The position numbers and the translations under genes were made by a program. Positions 18,814-28,998 of a stretch of DNA of 64,000 nt are shown here, one piece after another. How positions within the stretch are numbered: position 1 is the stretch's first letter; each line of letters opens with the position of its first letter. Below the pieces are notes generated by a model, which saw only the letters and a program-made list of their open reading frames with translations, had not been told where the DNA came from and ran no database searches. The DNA is taken from NCBI GenBank assembly GCA_016710685.1, contig JADJVC010000001.1, positions 200,948-264,947 of the forward strand. The letters are read 5' to 3'. This stretch comes from Flavobacteriales bacterium (GTDB taxonomy: Bacteria > Bacteroidota > Bacteroidia > Flavobacteriales_F > PHOS-HE28).

Positions 18814-19599
18814 ATGGATCCCCGCCTCGAAGCCTTTCAACGCCTGCTCAACATCATGGACGACCTGCGCGCCAAGTGCCCGTGGGACATGAAGCAGACC
18901 ATGGAAACGCTGCGGCCGCTCACCATTGAAGAGACCTACGAGCTTGGCGATGCGATCTTGAACAAGGACCTGCCGGAAGTAAAAAACGAGTTGGGAGACC
19001 TGATGCTGCACAACGTGTTCTATGCCAAGATCGGCGAAGAACAGGGCGCGTTTACCATGGCCGATGTGCTCAACGGCATCTGCGAAAAGTTGATCCGCCG
19101 GCATCCGCACATCTACGGCGATGTGAAGGTCCAAGGTGAGGAGGAAGTGAAAGCGAACTGGGAAAAGATCAAGCTGGCGGAGAAGTCGAAAAGCGGCGCG
19201 GTGGAAGGGGAGAAGAGCGTCCTCGAAGGCGTGCCACGCGGACTACCCAGCATGGTGAAAGCCATCCGCATTCAGGACAAAGCCCGCGGCGTAGGCTTCG
19301 ACTGGGAGCATGCCCACCAAGTGTGGGAAAAGGTGAACGAGGAACTGGCCGAGTTGAAACACGAGGTGGAGACAAAAAGCGACAAGCAGGCTGATGAGCT
19401 GGGCGACCTGCTGTTCAGTATCGTCAACTATGCACGCTTCCTCGGTGTTGATCCTGATGAGGCGCTTGAACGCACCAATCGCAAATTCATCCAGCGCTTC
19501 CAATTTCTGGAACGCGAAGCACGTAATGACGGCAAGAAGCTGGGCGAAATGAGCCTCGCGGAAATGGACGTTTACTGGGAACGCGCGAAGACCGCGTGA
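18814..19599 (+). CDS. mazG: Nucleoside triphosphate pyrophosphohydrolase MazG
   Basis: Two tandem MazG domains (ETYELGDAILNKD...; ELAELKHEV...ELGDLLFSIVNYARFLGVDPDEALE). Confidence 0.9.
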   Translation: MDPRLEAFQRLLNIMDDLRAKCPWDMKQTMETLRPLTIEETYELGDAILNKDLPEVKNELGDLMLHNVFYAKIGEEQGAFTMADVLNGICEKLIRRHPHIYGDVKVQGEEEVKANWEKIKLAEKSKSGAVEGEKSVLEGVPRGLPSMVKAIRIQDKARGVGFDWEHAHQVWEKVNEELAELKHEVETKSDKQADELGDLLFSIVNYARFLGVDPDEALERTNRKFIQRFQFLEREARNDGKKLGEMSLAEMDVYWERAKTA

Positions 19600-19623
19600 T
19601 CCATCTTGGTTGTCACCCCGGCC

Positions 19624-19641
19624 TTAGCCCCGATACGTATC
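19624..19641. terminator. Perfect 18-bp palindrome CCCCGATACGTATCGGGG between convergent mazG and the CRTAC1-like gene; candidate bidirectional terminator
   Basis: The sequence is its own reverse complement and lies in a 64-bp convergent intergenic gap. Confidence 0.5.
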
Positions 19642-19663
19642 GGGGCGGGGTCGCACCCGTTCG

Positions 19664-22462
19664 CTATTGCACCACGATCCGGCGAACGGCAACCCCGCTT
19701 TCACCTTTGATCCGAAGTTGATATTCACCCGGTGCCAAGCGGGAAAGGTCCAATGTGCGCGCGCTTCCTCCGTTGAATGCCGTATGTCCCAAGCTCCTAC
19801 CGGCAATGTCGAGCATTTCAATTTCCACCGATCCGTTCAATGAACTCAGGTCGATATTGATGGCACCGTGCGCCGGCACGGGGAATACGCGCACCTGTTC
19901 CGCACCGGATATCTCGCCAATAGCGGATGGACCCACCAACACTTGCACCGGCGTGCGTAAGCTTTCACAACCATAGCTCGTCTTCAGCACTTCCCAATCG
20001 TAGAAGATCTCGAAATACGCCGTGGCGCCGGACCCTCCGTTCGTAGTGGAGGTGATCGCCCCAACATCGCCCAACGGATAAGGGTAGGTTCCAGATACGT
20101 CCTCATACGTCATACCGATATCACTGCCGAACATCCGCAGGCCATATTGGCCAGGCGTGATCGCCAGGTCCAGTTCGATCCGTGAATCACCGGCGGGCAG
20201 GTCGTAGTTCGCGGAACTGATGGTGGTGTTGCCGGGCCAACTCACCAAGCCCACCGTGCGAATACCGGCGAACTGGGCGTGCACCAGCACACTTTTCAGA
20301 ATGAAGGGTGAATAGCATTCGAAGATCGGGAAGTACTGCGGATCGCTTTCTACAGGTGCACCGGCAGTGGGTGCCACCATGCCGCCGTACAACGTATCGA
20401 TCAATTCTGGAGCGGCCTCGGCACACCAAAACGTGGTATTCGTGCCCACGACCGGCGTGGTCCAACTGTTGCCCGTTCCGATCACTGTGCCGTCTTGTTC
20501 ATCAGCGTACCAAAGGACGTTGTCGCCGGTGGCGATCAAATTCGCAGTGCCAGGCGCGGGTATGGAAACGTTGTTCGCCGTGGGACCTGCTGGCGCCGGA
20601 ATGACTTCCACGGCAAAGGGAGCGGAGATAATGTCCGGGCATACGGCATCCACCGTTACCGTGTAGTCGCCGCCCGTATGCACGGTGATCGATTGGGTAC
20701 TGGCACCGGTGCTCCACAAATAGCTGTCCGCTGCGCTGGACGTGAGCGTCAACGAATCGTAGGCGCAGAATGCAGAGTAGCCATCAGAAGTAATTATTGG
20801 CTCAATACCGGTCGTCAGTACCGTGAAAGCACTGGCCACCGCGCTGCATCCGTTCCCCTCATCAACAGTTACGGCGTGGTAGCCGGGGCCGTTCGCACTT
20901 ATGCTGGCCGTGGTTTCGCTGGTGTTCCATACGTAGCTGCTTCCACCTGCACCAGTCAACGTTACCGGGTCGCTTACCGGGCACAGGGAGAGGCTGGCGT
21001 TGCTGGAAATACTGGCAACGGGTGCCATGCATCCACCTTCAACCAAGGTGACCTGTTGGTCAATTCCGATGTTGTCGTAAGTGTCCACTTGTCCGCTGGG
21101 CCAATGCACCGTTACGCTCACAGCGCCTGCGTTGGTCCCCATACCGAAGTGGCACATCCCGGTATTCGTTAGACCGTAGCTCTCGCCCGCGCGCACTTCG
21201 CGGATCTGCGTGCCCAATGGAGAACCCGTAACCGTGACACGGGCGCCAACGCCGTCACTATTGCTCTGCACGCCATGCAAACGCACGTTGAGCCAATGGT
21301 TGGCATTTCCGTCGTTCAACCATAGGCGGTCCGGGGTGGTGGTCGGCGTGGTGTAGCCGCTGCCGTAGTTGGCCCAAACGTCCATAAAACCATCGCTGTT
21401 GAGGTCACCGATGGCGAACCCGTGCATGGTGCCCGCATTGGGAAACATGTTCGGGATGGGCGTGAAAGTGCCGTCGCCATTGCCTTTCAAGTAGAACTGT
21501 GATCCGCCTGTGATCAGCAGGTCCAAGAAGCCATCATTGTCGAAGTCCTCGAAATGGCTCTGCAACAAAAAGCCCACGATGTTCAAGCCACCATCCGGAA
21601 GTTCAGTGAAATGGCCCGTGCCGTCGTTTTCGAACAACTGCATGATGTGGTCGTGGTTCACAACCACCAGGTCCAAGTCTCCGTCATTGTCCCAGTCACC
21701 GAAATCCACGCACCAGCTCTGGTAATGGCCGGTAAGCCCGTGTTCATCCGTTTGATCGTTGTAGTTATTGTTTCCGTCGTTGATGAACAGCCGGTTCCAG
21801 CGACGTGGATCGTTCATGTCGGTAACACCCTGGCGGCAATGCGCGATAAACAGGTCCAAGTCCCCATCACCGTCAACATCCGTGAAAACGCTGCCATAGT
21901 TGCCGCTCATGTCCGATACCGGTGTGGTGGTAAAATCGATATATGATGTAAGCACCAGTCCTCCTTGCCCGTCGTTGATCCAGATGTTCGGGGCACCATC
22001 GTCATGGCAGCCCATTACGTCCAACCAGCCGTCATTATTGATGTCGCCGACGCTGATGTTCTGCATGAACATGCTTGCACTCCCGAACGTTCCTGCGGTG
22101 GTAGATCCGGGAGTGACGATATTCAGGTAGTGCTGGCCGTCGTAAGAGCCTCCACTGAAGGCGTCCTTTTGGCCATCGTTGTCCATGTCGGCGACAGCCA
22201 TGCCCCATTGATCATAGCCCATAGGCCCGGCATCGTATCCGGCGAACGTGCCGTCGATGTTCTGGTAAAGCACCTTGAGAAATGAACTTTGGTCCAGCAC
22301 GGCGAGGTCGTCCTTGCCGTCGCCGTTCATGTCCGTTACGGCCATGCAGTTCCCGCTGTGGGTGGGGTAGGGCAGCAACTCCGGGTGGCTGGTGAAGCTG
22401 GTTTGGGCGAACAGGTTTCCGGTGAGGAGCAACGCGGAAAGGAAGGGTAGGTGTGTACGCAT
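19664..22462 (-). CDS. CRTAC1-family protein: FG-GAP/VCBS repeats + ASPIC/UnbV domain + Ig-like domains + Por_Secre_tail CTD (T9SS cargo)
   Basis: Signal peptide MRTHLPFLSALLLTGNLFAQ at 22462; DxDxDG FG-GAP repeats (DMNGDGKDDLAVL, DVDGDGDLDLFIA, DWDNDGDLDLVVV...); RVTVTG...REVRAGESYGLTN ASPIC motif; C-terminal VRVFPVPAHGAINIDL... CTD. The track ORF's longer N-extension was rejected. Confidence 0.8.
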   Translation of the reverse strand: MRTHLPFLSALLLTGNLFAQTSFTSHPELLPYPTHSGNCMAVTDMNGDGKDDLAVLDQSSFLKVLYQNIDGTFAGYDAGPMGYDQWGMAVADMDNDGQKDAFSGGSYDGQHYLNIVTPGSTTAGTFGSASMFMQNISVGDINNDGWLDVMGCHDDGAPNIWINDGQGGLVLTSYIDFTTTPVSDMSGNYGSVFTDVDGDGDLDLFIAHCRQGVTDMNDPRRWNRLFINDGNNNYNDQTDEHGLTGHYQSWCVDFGDWDNDGDLDLVVVNHDHIMQLFENDGTGHFTELPDGGLNIVGFLLQSHFEDFDNDGFLDLLITGGSQFYLKGNGDGTFTPIPNMFPNAGTMHGFAIGDLNSDGFMDVWANYGSGYTTPTTTPDRLWLNDGNANHWLNVRLHGVQSNSDGVGARVTVTGSPLGTQIREVRAGESYGLTNTGMCHFGMGTNAGAVSVTVHWPSGQVDTYDNIGIDQQVTLVEGGCMAPVASISSNASLSLCPVSDPVTLTGAGGSSYVWNTSETTASISANGPGYHAVTVDEGNGCSAVASAFTVLTTGIEPIITSDGYSAFCAYDSLTLTSSAADSYLWSTGASTQSITVHTGGDYTVTVDAVCPDIISAPFAVEVIPAPAGPTANNVSIPAPGTANLIATGDNVLWYADEQDGTVIGTGNSWTTPVVGTNTTFWCAEAAPELIDTLYGGMVAPTAGAPVESDPQYFPIFECYSPFILKSVLVHAQFAGIRTVGLVSWPGNTTISSANYDLPAGDSRIELDLAITPGQYGLRMFGSDIGMTYEDVSGTYPYPLGDVGAITSTTNGGSGATAYFEIFYDWEVLKTSYGCESLRTPVQVLVGPSAIGEISGAEQVRVFPVPAHGAINIDLSSLNGSVEIEMLDIAGRSLGHTAFNGGSARTLDLSRLAPGEYQLRIKGESGVAVRRIVVQ

Positions 22463-22652
22463 TTGGCGGAAAGCTACGGAACCACTTCTGAGTTCCCCAA
22501 ATGGCGGCTTCGTATGGTGAAACATACCCATACACGGCGATCCAAGGAATTTCATTGAACCCGAAAAGTGGATAAGTCCTGAAGCTGGTTCGTTCAACGA
22601 GGCGAATAAGGCTGGATCTTTCGCCGCATGGCTGCGCGAACCCATTTCGGCC

Positions 22653-25085
22653 ATGGCATTCACCGGAATGGAAAATCACATTCGTAAACAAAATCCTACG
22701 GGCCGCGCCTTTTCTGGCATTTTCACTTTGGCCACCGTCCTGATTGCCGTAAACGGGTTACGAGCGCAAGTGCCCACTAAATGCCTGGAGATCGAGAGCA
22801 TTTTGGTGGATGCCTGCATTTCCGACGCGGATTGCCCCGGCAGCACGGAAGGCATGAACGAGATGGTGCGCTTCATCACCGGGCCGGACCCTGTGGCCAT
22901 TGCCGGCCTGCAGTTCGAGTTCTACAGCAGCAATTTTCTCGGCATCGCACAGAACGCCACCACGGCGCAGCTCACCGCGCAACTCGATGCCACAATTCAA
23001 GGGTGTGGCCAATTGCTGGAGCCGCCCACTGGCATTATTCCCCCGGGAAGTCAAGTGATTTTCGTGACATCTACCGCCATGTGCGTTCAGGCAAATGCCT
23101 TCACCGCGTTGAGCGATACACTCTACATCATCTTCCAGAATCCGGGGAACAGCCAAGGTCATTTCAAGAACAACAACCTGGTGGGTTTGCCTGTCACCAC
23201 CGTGCCCGATGCGCCGTTGATGCGTTGGTTGCGCATCAACGTGGCCGGAACCGGTTGCGGCGATACAGCCACTTATGATGCGAACCTGCTGGTGAACATC
23301 TTCGGCTCTTACGGCGGGCTAACGACCGAAAATGATGGTGCCGTTGCCGAATTCTCCTGGCCCGGAGTGCCGACCGTTTCCTATGTGAACCACGGCTGCC
23401 AAGCTCCTTTCATCGCCACGGAACCTGTGATCCTTTCCGCGCCGGACCCCATTCCCTGCGGGCAGAGTGCCAACCTCAGCGGCATGGTCAACGGGCCGTT
23501 CGCCTCCGTGCATTGGCAGGGTGGGGGCGGCGTTTTCAGCCAACCGGATGAAATGACAACCACCTACACGCCCGGTGGTGGCGACAATGGTAACGTGGTG
23601 ATCTCTTTCTGCGCCATCGGTGGCTGTGGCGATACCATCTGCGACCAGATCACGCTGGTAACCGCGCCCACGCCGCAAGTCCTCATTACCGGCGATAGCA
23701 CCTTATGCTTAGGGACGGATATGAACTCACTGACGGCCTCCGGAGCGGACACCTATCTCTGGAGCACGGGTGAAACCACCGAAAGCATAAATGTGAGCCT
23801 CCCCGAAGTGGGTCAAATTTGGGTGTTGGGCACTTCGGCCTGTGGCAACGATTCCGCCTTCACCACCGTTTCCGTCATGTCGCACACGCTCACCTATCAG
23901 CACGTTTCGTGCAATGGAGCGGCGGACGGCGAATTGAACATGATCCCCGAAGGGGGGGCATTGCCTTACACGTACCTGTGGAGCTCCGGTGAGACTTCAG
24001 CGTCGATAACAGGACTGGGACCCGGGTCCTTCGATGTCTCCGTTTCGGATGCTGAAGGTTGCACGCAGACCAGTTCTTTCACCATCACTGAGCCGCCACT
24101 GCTCACCGCTGTGGTTGGCGGCGATACGACCATCTGCCCCGGGGGCTCTGCAATCCTGACTGCAGAGGGTTTCGGTGGAACGCCCGCCTATGTGTTCACT
24201 TGGTCGCCAGAAGGACCGCTTGTTTCTCCCCTGGAAACAACAACGTACACGGTGGTGGTTTCCGATGCGCATGGTTGTGCCGCAACGCCATTGCAGGTAA
24301 CGGTGGAAGTGCCGAACAACGGAAGTGTATCCATCGTAGCCAGCGCGCAGCAAGGCTGCGCACCGTTCTGTGTCGACTTCACGGCATTGCCCGCCGGGGC
24401 CGTTTCCTACTCTTGGGCTTTTGGGGATGGTGGCGAAGGGTCCGGTGACCAGCTCACGCACTGCTACGATAACCCCGGCGTATACCCGGTTTCCGTGCTT
24501 GTGGATCAAGGCATCGGCTGCCCGGCCATCGCGCTGTTGGACCCACCGATCATGGTGGGCAGCACACCCGTGGCAGCGTTCAACTTCACGCCCGAAGCAC
24601 CTGACACTGACAACCCGACCGTGCAATTCACGGACGGCAGCATTGGTGCCAATACATGGGCATGGGAGTTTGGCGATCCAGCAAATAGCACCAGCACGGA
24701 TGCTTCACCGGAGTTCACCTTCCCCGGCGCGGGGTGCTACCCAGTGCTGCTCACTGTTTCAGACGGTGCAGGTTGCTTTGCCATGGACAGCGCGCAGATC
24801 TGCATTATCGGCAATGACAGCATTGTAATACCCAACGTGTTTACCCCGAACGGCGATGGTAACAACGACCATTTCCGCGTGCTCGGCATGATGCAATTGG
24901 ACCTTTCCATCTACAACCGATGGGGCCAACTGGTGACCGTGATGCAACGTCCGGACCAAGGCTGGAGCGGGCGCACGGACGCTGGCGAGCAAGTTCCCGA
25001 AGGCACTTACTTCTATACGTTACGCGGCGTAGCCATTGCCGGGGAGGCGGTGGATATGAGCGGGACGATCACGCTGTTGCGATAA
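22653..25085 (+). CDS. SprB-repeat / PKD-domain surface protein with CHU_C (type B) T9SS CTD
   Basis: SprB-type repeats (YTYLWSSGETSASITGLGPGSFDVSVSDAEGCTQTSS); PKD-like NPGVYPVSVLVDQGIGC; C-terminal IPNVFTPNGDGNNDHFRV...YNRWGQLV. Confidence 0.8.
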   Translation: MAFTGMENHIRKQNPTGRAFSGIFTLATVLIAVNGLRAQVPTKCLEIESILVDACISDADCPGSTEGMNEMVRFITGPDPVAIAGLQFEFYSSNFLGIAQNATTAQLTAQLDATIQGCGQLLEPPTGIIPPGSQVIFVTSTAMCVQANAFTALSDTLYIIFQNPGNSQGHFKNNNLVGLPVTTVPDAPLMRWLRINVAGTGCGDTATYDANLLVNIFGSYGGLTTENDGAVAEFSWPGVPTVSYVNHGCQAPFIATEPVILSAPDPIPCGQSANLSGMVNGPFASVHWQGGGGVFSQPDEMTTTYTPGGGDNGNVVISFCAIGGCGDTICDQITLVTAPTPQVLITGDSTLCLGTDMNSLTASGADTYLWSTGETTESINVSLPEVGQIWVLGTSACGNDSAFTTVSVMSHTLTYQHVSCNGAADGELNMIPEGGALPYTYLWSSGETSASITGLGPGSFDVSVSDAEGCTQTSSFTITEPPLLTAVVGGDTTICPGGSAILTAEGFGGTPAYVFTWSPEGPLVSPLETTTYTVVVSDAHGCAATPLQVTVEVPNNGSVSIVASAQQGCAPFCVDFTALPAGAVSYSWAFGDGGEGSGDQLTHCYDNPGVYPVSVLVDQGIGCPAIALLDPPIMVGSTPVAAFNFTPEAPDTDNPTVQFTDGSIGANTWAWEFGDPANSTSTDASPEFTFPGAGCYPVLLTVSDGAGCFAMDSAQICIIGNDSIVIPNVFTPNGDGNNDHFRVLGMMQLDLSIYNRWGQLVTVMQRPDQGWSGRTDAGEQVPEGTYFYTLRGVAIAGEAVDMSGTITLLR

Positions 25086-25144
25086 GTCTTCGCAACTCGC
25101 TTGCCGCAGTACATTCATCCCTTCTCTGCGGTTCGGATCACACG

Positions 25145-25756
25145 CTATTTCCCTCCACCGAACACCACGCCCAACGTAAGGTAGTACGTGAAGTATTTCG
25201 CGTCACCCAGCAATTTGCCTTGGTCCTTGTACGCGTTGCTGAGGCCGTAGCTCATGCCGCCTTCCAACGTCAGGATCGTGAGGTCCAGGCCAAGGCCCGC
25301 GTCCATGTTGAAAGAGCCGCCGTTATAATCGTCTTTGTTGAAGGCGATCTTGTCGTCCTTGCTGTCCACGCTCAGCAGCGCCTCATACGTGGGGCCGGCG
25401 TTCAGCCGCAACTTGAAATGGTCCCCGTGAATAATGTCATACCCGACCAAGGCTTTCAATTTTGCTGTGGTTCGGATCAGGTTGTCCTCGATCGCGGTGG
25501 TGTCCGAAGCGCTTAATTTCACCACGGTGGCGCTGCGGCCAAAAAAGGCGCCGGGCTGGAAGTAAAGCCGATCGCCCAGCCGCAGGTCCACGCCAAGCTG
25601 ATAGCCTATGGCCGCTTTGGTGGTAACACCCCCTGGGTCGTTGGAAAGGTCCGTGAACGCTGCCCCGAGTTGTGGGTTCACTTTCAATTGCGCCGTGGCG
25701 GCGGTGGCCATGCCGATAAAAGTCGCGCAAAGCAGGATGGTGCGGGTGGTTTTCAT
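25145..25756 (-). CDS. Outer-membrane beta-barrel protein (OmpW/porin-family-like)
   Basis: Signal peptide MKTTRTILLCATFIGMATAATAQ; alternating amphipathic beta-strands; C-terminal ...YLTLGVVFGGGK. Confidence 0.8.
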   Translation of the reverse strand: MKTTRTILLCATFIGMATAATAQLKVNPQLGAAFTDLSNDPGGVTTKAAIGYQLGVDLRLGDRLYFQPGAFFGRSATVVKLSASDTTAIEDNLIRTTAKLKALVGYDIIHGDHFKLRLNAGPTYEALLSVDSKDDKIAFNKDDYNGGSFNMDAGLGLDLTILTLEGGMSYGLSNAYKDQGKLLGDAKYFTYYLTLGVVFGGGK

Positions 25757-26127
25757 GCGTTGGTGATTTTGGTCTTGCAGGTGTTTGGCAAAGATGGGGC
25801 CAACCTGAAAATCAGCATGATCGAACTGGTACTACCGGCGGATTGCGCATCATTGGAACGCTGAAAGGCACGTGCGGCTATTCCTCAGTTGAAGAAGAAT
25901 GGGAGCTTCAAATCCTGTCGATCCTGTTAATCCTGCTCAAAACCCCGAAACTCCCGCAAGTGTTCCAGCCTTCCAGGAATGTGCGTTCCAACTGGGCTGG
26001 GTCACTTGTGGGCATCTTGATTTTATTCATAACACCTCCTAATCCTTTCCCCAAGCGCCGCCAAGACCGATCTTTGCGTCCAAATGATGGGCAAACCTCT
26101 CTTTCAGCCCAAAAGCTCCTGATCAAT

Positions 26128-28502
26128 TTGGATTTTCCACGTCGCCTTCATCTTTTCATCGCCACGGTCGCGGTGGCAACATCGCACACCGTGGCGCTGG
26201 GCCAATGTGGTACGTTCATCACCGCTTTCCCATCCAGCGAAGGTTTTGAGAATGCGGCTGTTTGGGTCAGTGGTGGCACTGCCAACGATTGGGCATGGGG
26301 CGTTCCAGCGCATCCCAACATCAACACGGCCGGTGGTGGATTGAAGGCATGGTGTGTGGGCGGGCTTTCCGGGACGTTCTACAACAACAACGAACGGTCT
26401 TGGTTGGAAAGCCCCTGTTTCGATTTTTCGAGCTTGAACACGCCGCGCATTTCCTTCAAGATCTACTGGGAAGTGGAGCGCCAGTACGATGGTATGATCC
26501 TGCAGTATTCCACCGACGGTGGTACCACGTACAACAACGTGGGTGCATTCGGGGAAGCCCGGATTGCAACACACAGAACTGGTTCAATTCGTCCAACATC
26601 ACCAACTTGGCCACTGGTATCAGCCCCAAGCACGGTTGGAGCGGCCGTGCTGGTAGTACCGTCGGCAGTTGCCAAGGCGGAAGCGGTAGCAATGGTTGGG
26701 TGACCGCCAGCCACTGCCTGGGCATGTTGGCGAATGCCCCCAGTGTGCGGTTCCGTTTTTCTTTCGGCGCGGGAAGTGTGTGCAACAACTACGACGGCAT
26801 CGCCATCGACGACATCTTGATCGATGAGGCACCGCCCGTCATTGCCGCATTCAGTGGCGACTGCACCGGCACTACCGTTGATTTCATCAACTCTTCCACA
26901 ACGTGCCCGAATCTCTTTTCGTGGAACTTCGGCGACCCCGGCTCCGCGCAGAACACTTCATCCCAGGAGAATCCCTCACATACGTACGCGGACCCCGGCA
27001 CCTATACCATCACGCTAACGGCCACCGACGGTTGCGGCGCTTCCGGCACGCACACCATGGACATCAGCGTGCTGGGTGTTACGCTCGCCACCACGCCGCC
27101 CACCTGCGGTGCGGACAATGGATCGGTGGAAGCCACCGTTTCCGGTGCGAACGGCGCGGTGAACTACCTCTGGTCGCCGGGTGGTGCGACAACACAAACG
27201 CTCGCAAACGTGGGTGCTGGCACCTACACGGTCACCGTTTCCGGGGTGAACAGTTGTCCGGTAACCGCCACCGCCACGCTTACTTCCAGCGGCACCACTT
27301 TAGCCGTTGATGTGGCCCACACGGACGTTTCGTACGCTGGCTTAAGCGATAGAACGACAACAGCGACAACGGTGGGCGGCGTGGCTCCGTTCAACTTTTC
27401 GTGGGCCCCCGGCAGTGAAAATTCAGCAGCTATCAGCAACCTGGCCGCCGGCGATTACACCTGCACCGTAACGGACGGCCAAGGATGCAGCGCGCAAGCC
27501 ACCGCCACGGTGGGCGCACCCGAACCGTTCGGCATAACGGCCGGGCCGGACACTGCCGTGTGTGCCGGAAATGCCGTGCTGTTGCAAGCCGAAGCCAACG
27601 GCGGCACGCCGGGCTACACCTTCAACTGGCTGCCTGATGGACCGGCGGTTACGCCCGCAGCCACCACCACCTACACCGTTGTAGCCACCGATGCCAACGG
27701 CTGCCAATCCGCCCCGGAAACCACCGTCGTAACCGTCTCTTCCAGCTTCACGCCCAGCTTCACGTCTACGGAAACTACGGGCTGTTCTCCGCATTGCATC
27801 ACCTTTTATCCCACGCCAGCAGGGGCTTCGGACTACTTTTGGGATTTCGGCGACGACGGTTCCGGCATTCTGGAATCGCCGACGTATTGCTACCAAACCG
27901 GCGGATTGTTTCCTGTGAGCCTCACCGTTACCGATGCCACCGGCTGCACCGGAACGGTAACCACACCGGACTATGCGGACATCCATGGCACGCCCACGGC
28001 CAGCTTCACACCATCACGCTACGTCACCACCATTGACGCACCCACCGTTCAGCTCAGCAACACCAGCCAGAACAGTACTTCGTGGTTCTGGACTTTCGAC
28101 CAAGGCGACACTGCCATGCAGCGCTCACCCAGCGTAACGTTCCCCGCCGTGGGTTGCTACACCGTGGCACTGGAAGCCAGCAACGACCTGGGTTGCCGCG
28201 ACACCGCCAGTGTGGAGATCTGTGTGGAAGACGCCTTCCTGCTGTTCATGCCCAACGCATTCACCCCGAATGACGACGGCATCAACGATGTGCTTCTGCC
28301 CAAAACTTCGGTGCGCAACCCCGCCGATTTCGAACTGAAGATCTTTGACCGCTGGGGCAAACAGGTCTTCAGCACGGAAGATATTTACGCGGGGTGGGAC
28401 GGAGGCACCACAACGAGCGGCATCTACATCTGGAAGATCTGGATTACCGATACGGATCAAAACGGCCACGAGCTGGTGGGCCATGTGGCGCTGTTGCGGT
28501 AG
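26128..28502 (+). pseudogene. MAM-like domain + SprB repeats + PKD domains + CHU_C CTD surface protein, interrupted by a frameshift at ~26556 (GGGGAAG context); start uncertain (TTG at 26128 or upstream)
   Basis: ORFs 25843..26703 and 26262..28502 overlap in different frames. Restoring one A in GGGGAA-GCC gives a continuous ...GAFGESPDCNTQNWF... The N-terminal hydrophobic signal is RRLHLFIATVAVATSHTVALGQC; the C-terminus is MPNAFTPNDDGINDVLL...FDRWGKQVF. Confidence 0.6.
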
Positions 28503-28544
28503 TGCTGCGCAATTGTGATTTTTTCCTTAGGTTTTCAAATCGGA

Positions 28545-28990
28545 GACCAACTGTTTTTAGCCACAGATCCCGCCGATTACGCAGATGTTTCCCGCGTTGC
28601 GGGAAGGAACCCGCGGGTTCAGACTCCAATCGGCATTTATCTGTGTAATTCCGCTATTGCGGAACAGGTGCTGCGTAATCTGCGGCTCTACCTTTTGAGG
28701 CCGGCATTCACGTTGCGTCCGATACTTATCGGACCGTTGCGTACTTGGCTGCCGTAGGCATACCGTCGCGGTTCTCAACTTTGAGGCCGGTTTTCCGACC
28801 GCAGGTCGCGCTTAGCGGAATTCTTTGCGTGCTTTGCGTCCCCGGCTCCCGTAGGGCTGCATTAGGGGTATACCGATCAGAGGCCGGTATTCCCTTCCAC
28901 CGAAAAGCACCGCATCCAAAGGTTTCCCACTTCACCCTGTTGGTGAAACGTAGCGGTCTCCGGGTCGAAAAGCACACACGTTCCCGAATT
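28545..28990. repeat. Intergenic hairpin-rich repeat cluster (locus 1 of a dispersed family): CGCCGATTACGCAGAT + TTCCCGCGTTGCGGGAA core, TTCCGCTATTGCGGAA, three TGAGGCCGGnATTC units, CGACCGCAGGTCG and TCCGATACTTATCGGA hairpins
   Basis: Non-coding 497-bp gap. Its modules recur at 47995-48440 and 58280-58513 (e.g. TTTTTAGCCACAG..CGCCGATTACGC right after a stop codon in loci 1 and 2; identical TTTCCCGCGTTGCGGGAA hairpin in loci 1 and 3). Confidence 0.75.
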
Positions 28991-28998
28991 TCGCCGAC

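Noticed and set aside
25843-26127. N-terminal 95 codons of track ORF 25843..26703 (MRIIGTLKG...)
   Set aside because: This is a non-protein-like leader across the divergent promoter region. The real start is more likely the TTG at 26128, just before the hydrophobic signal segment.
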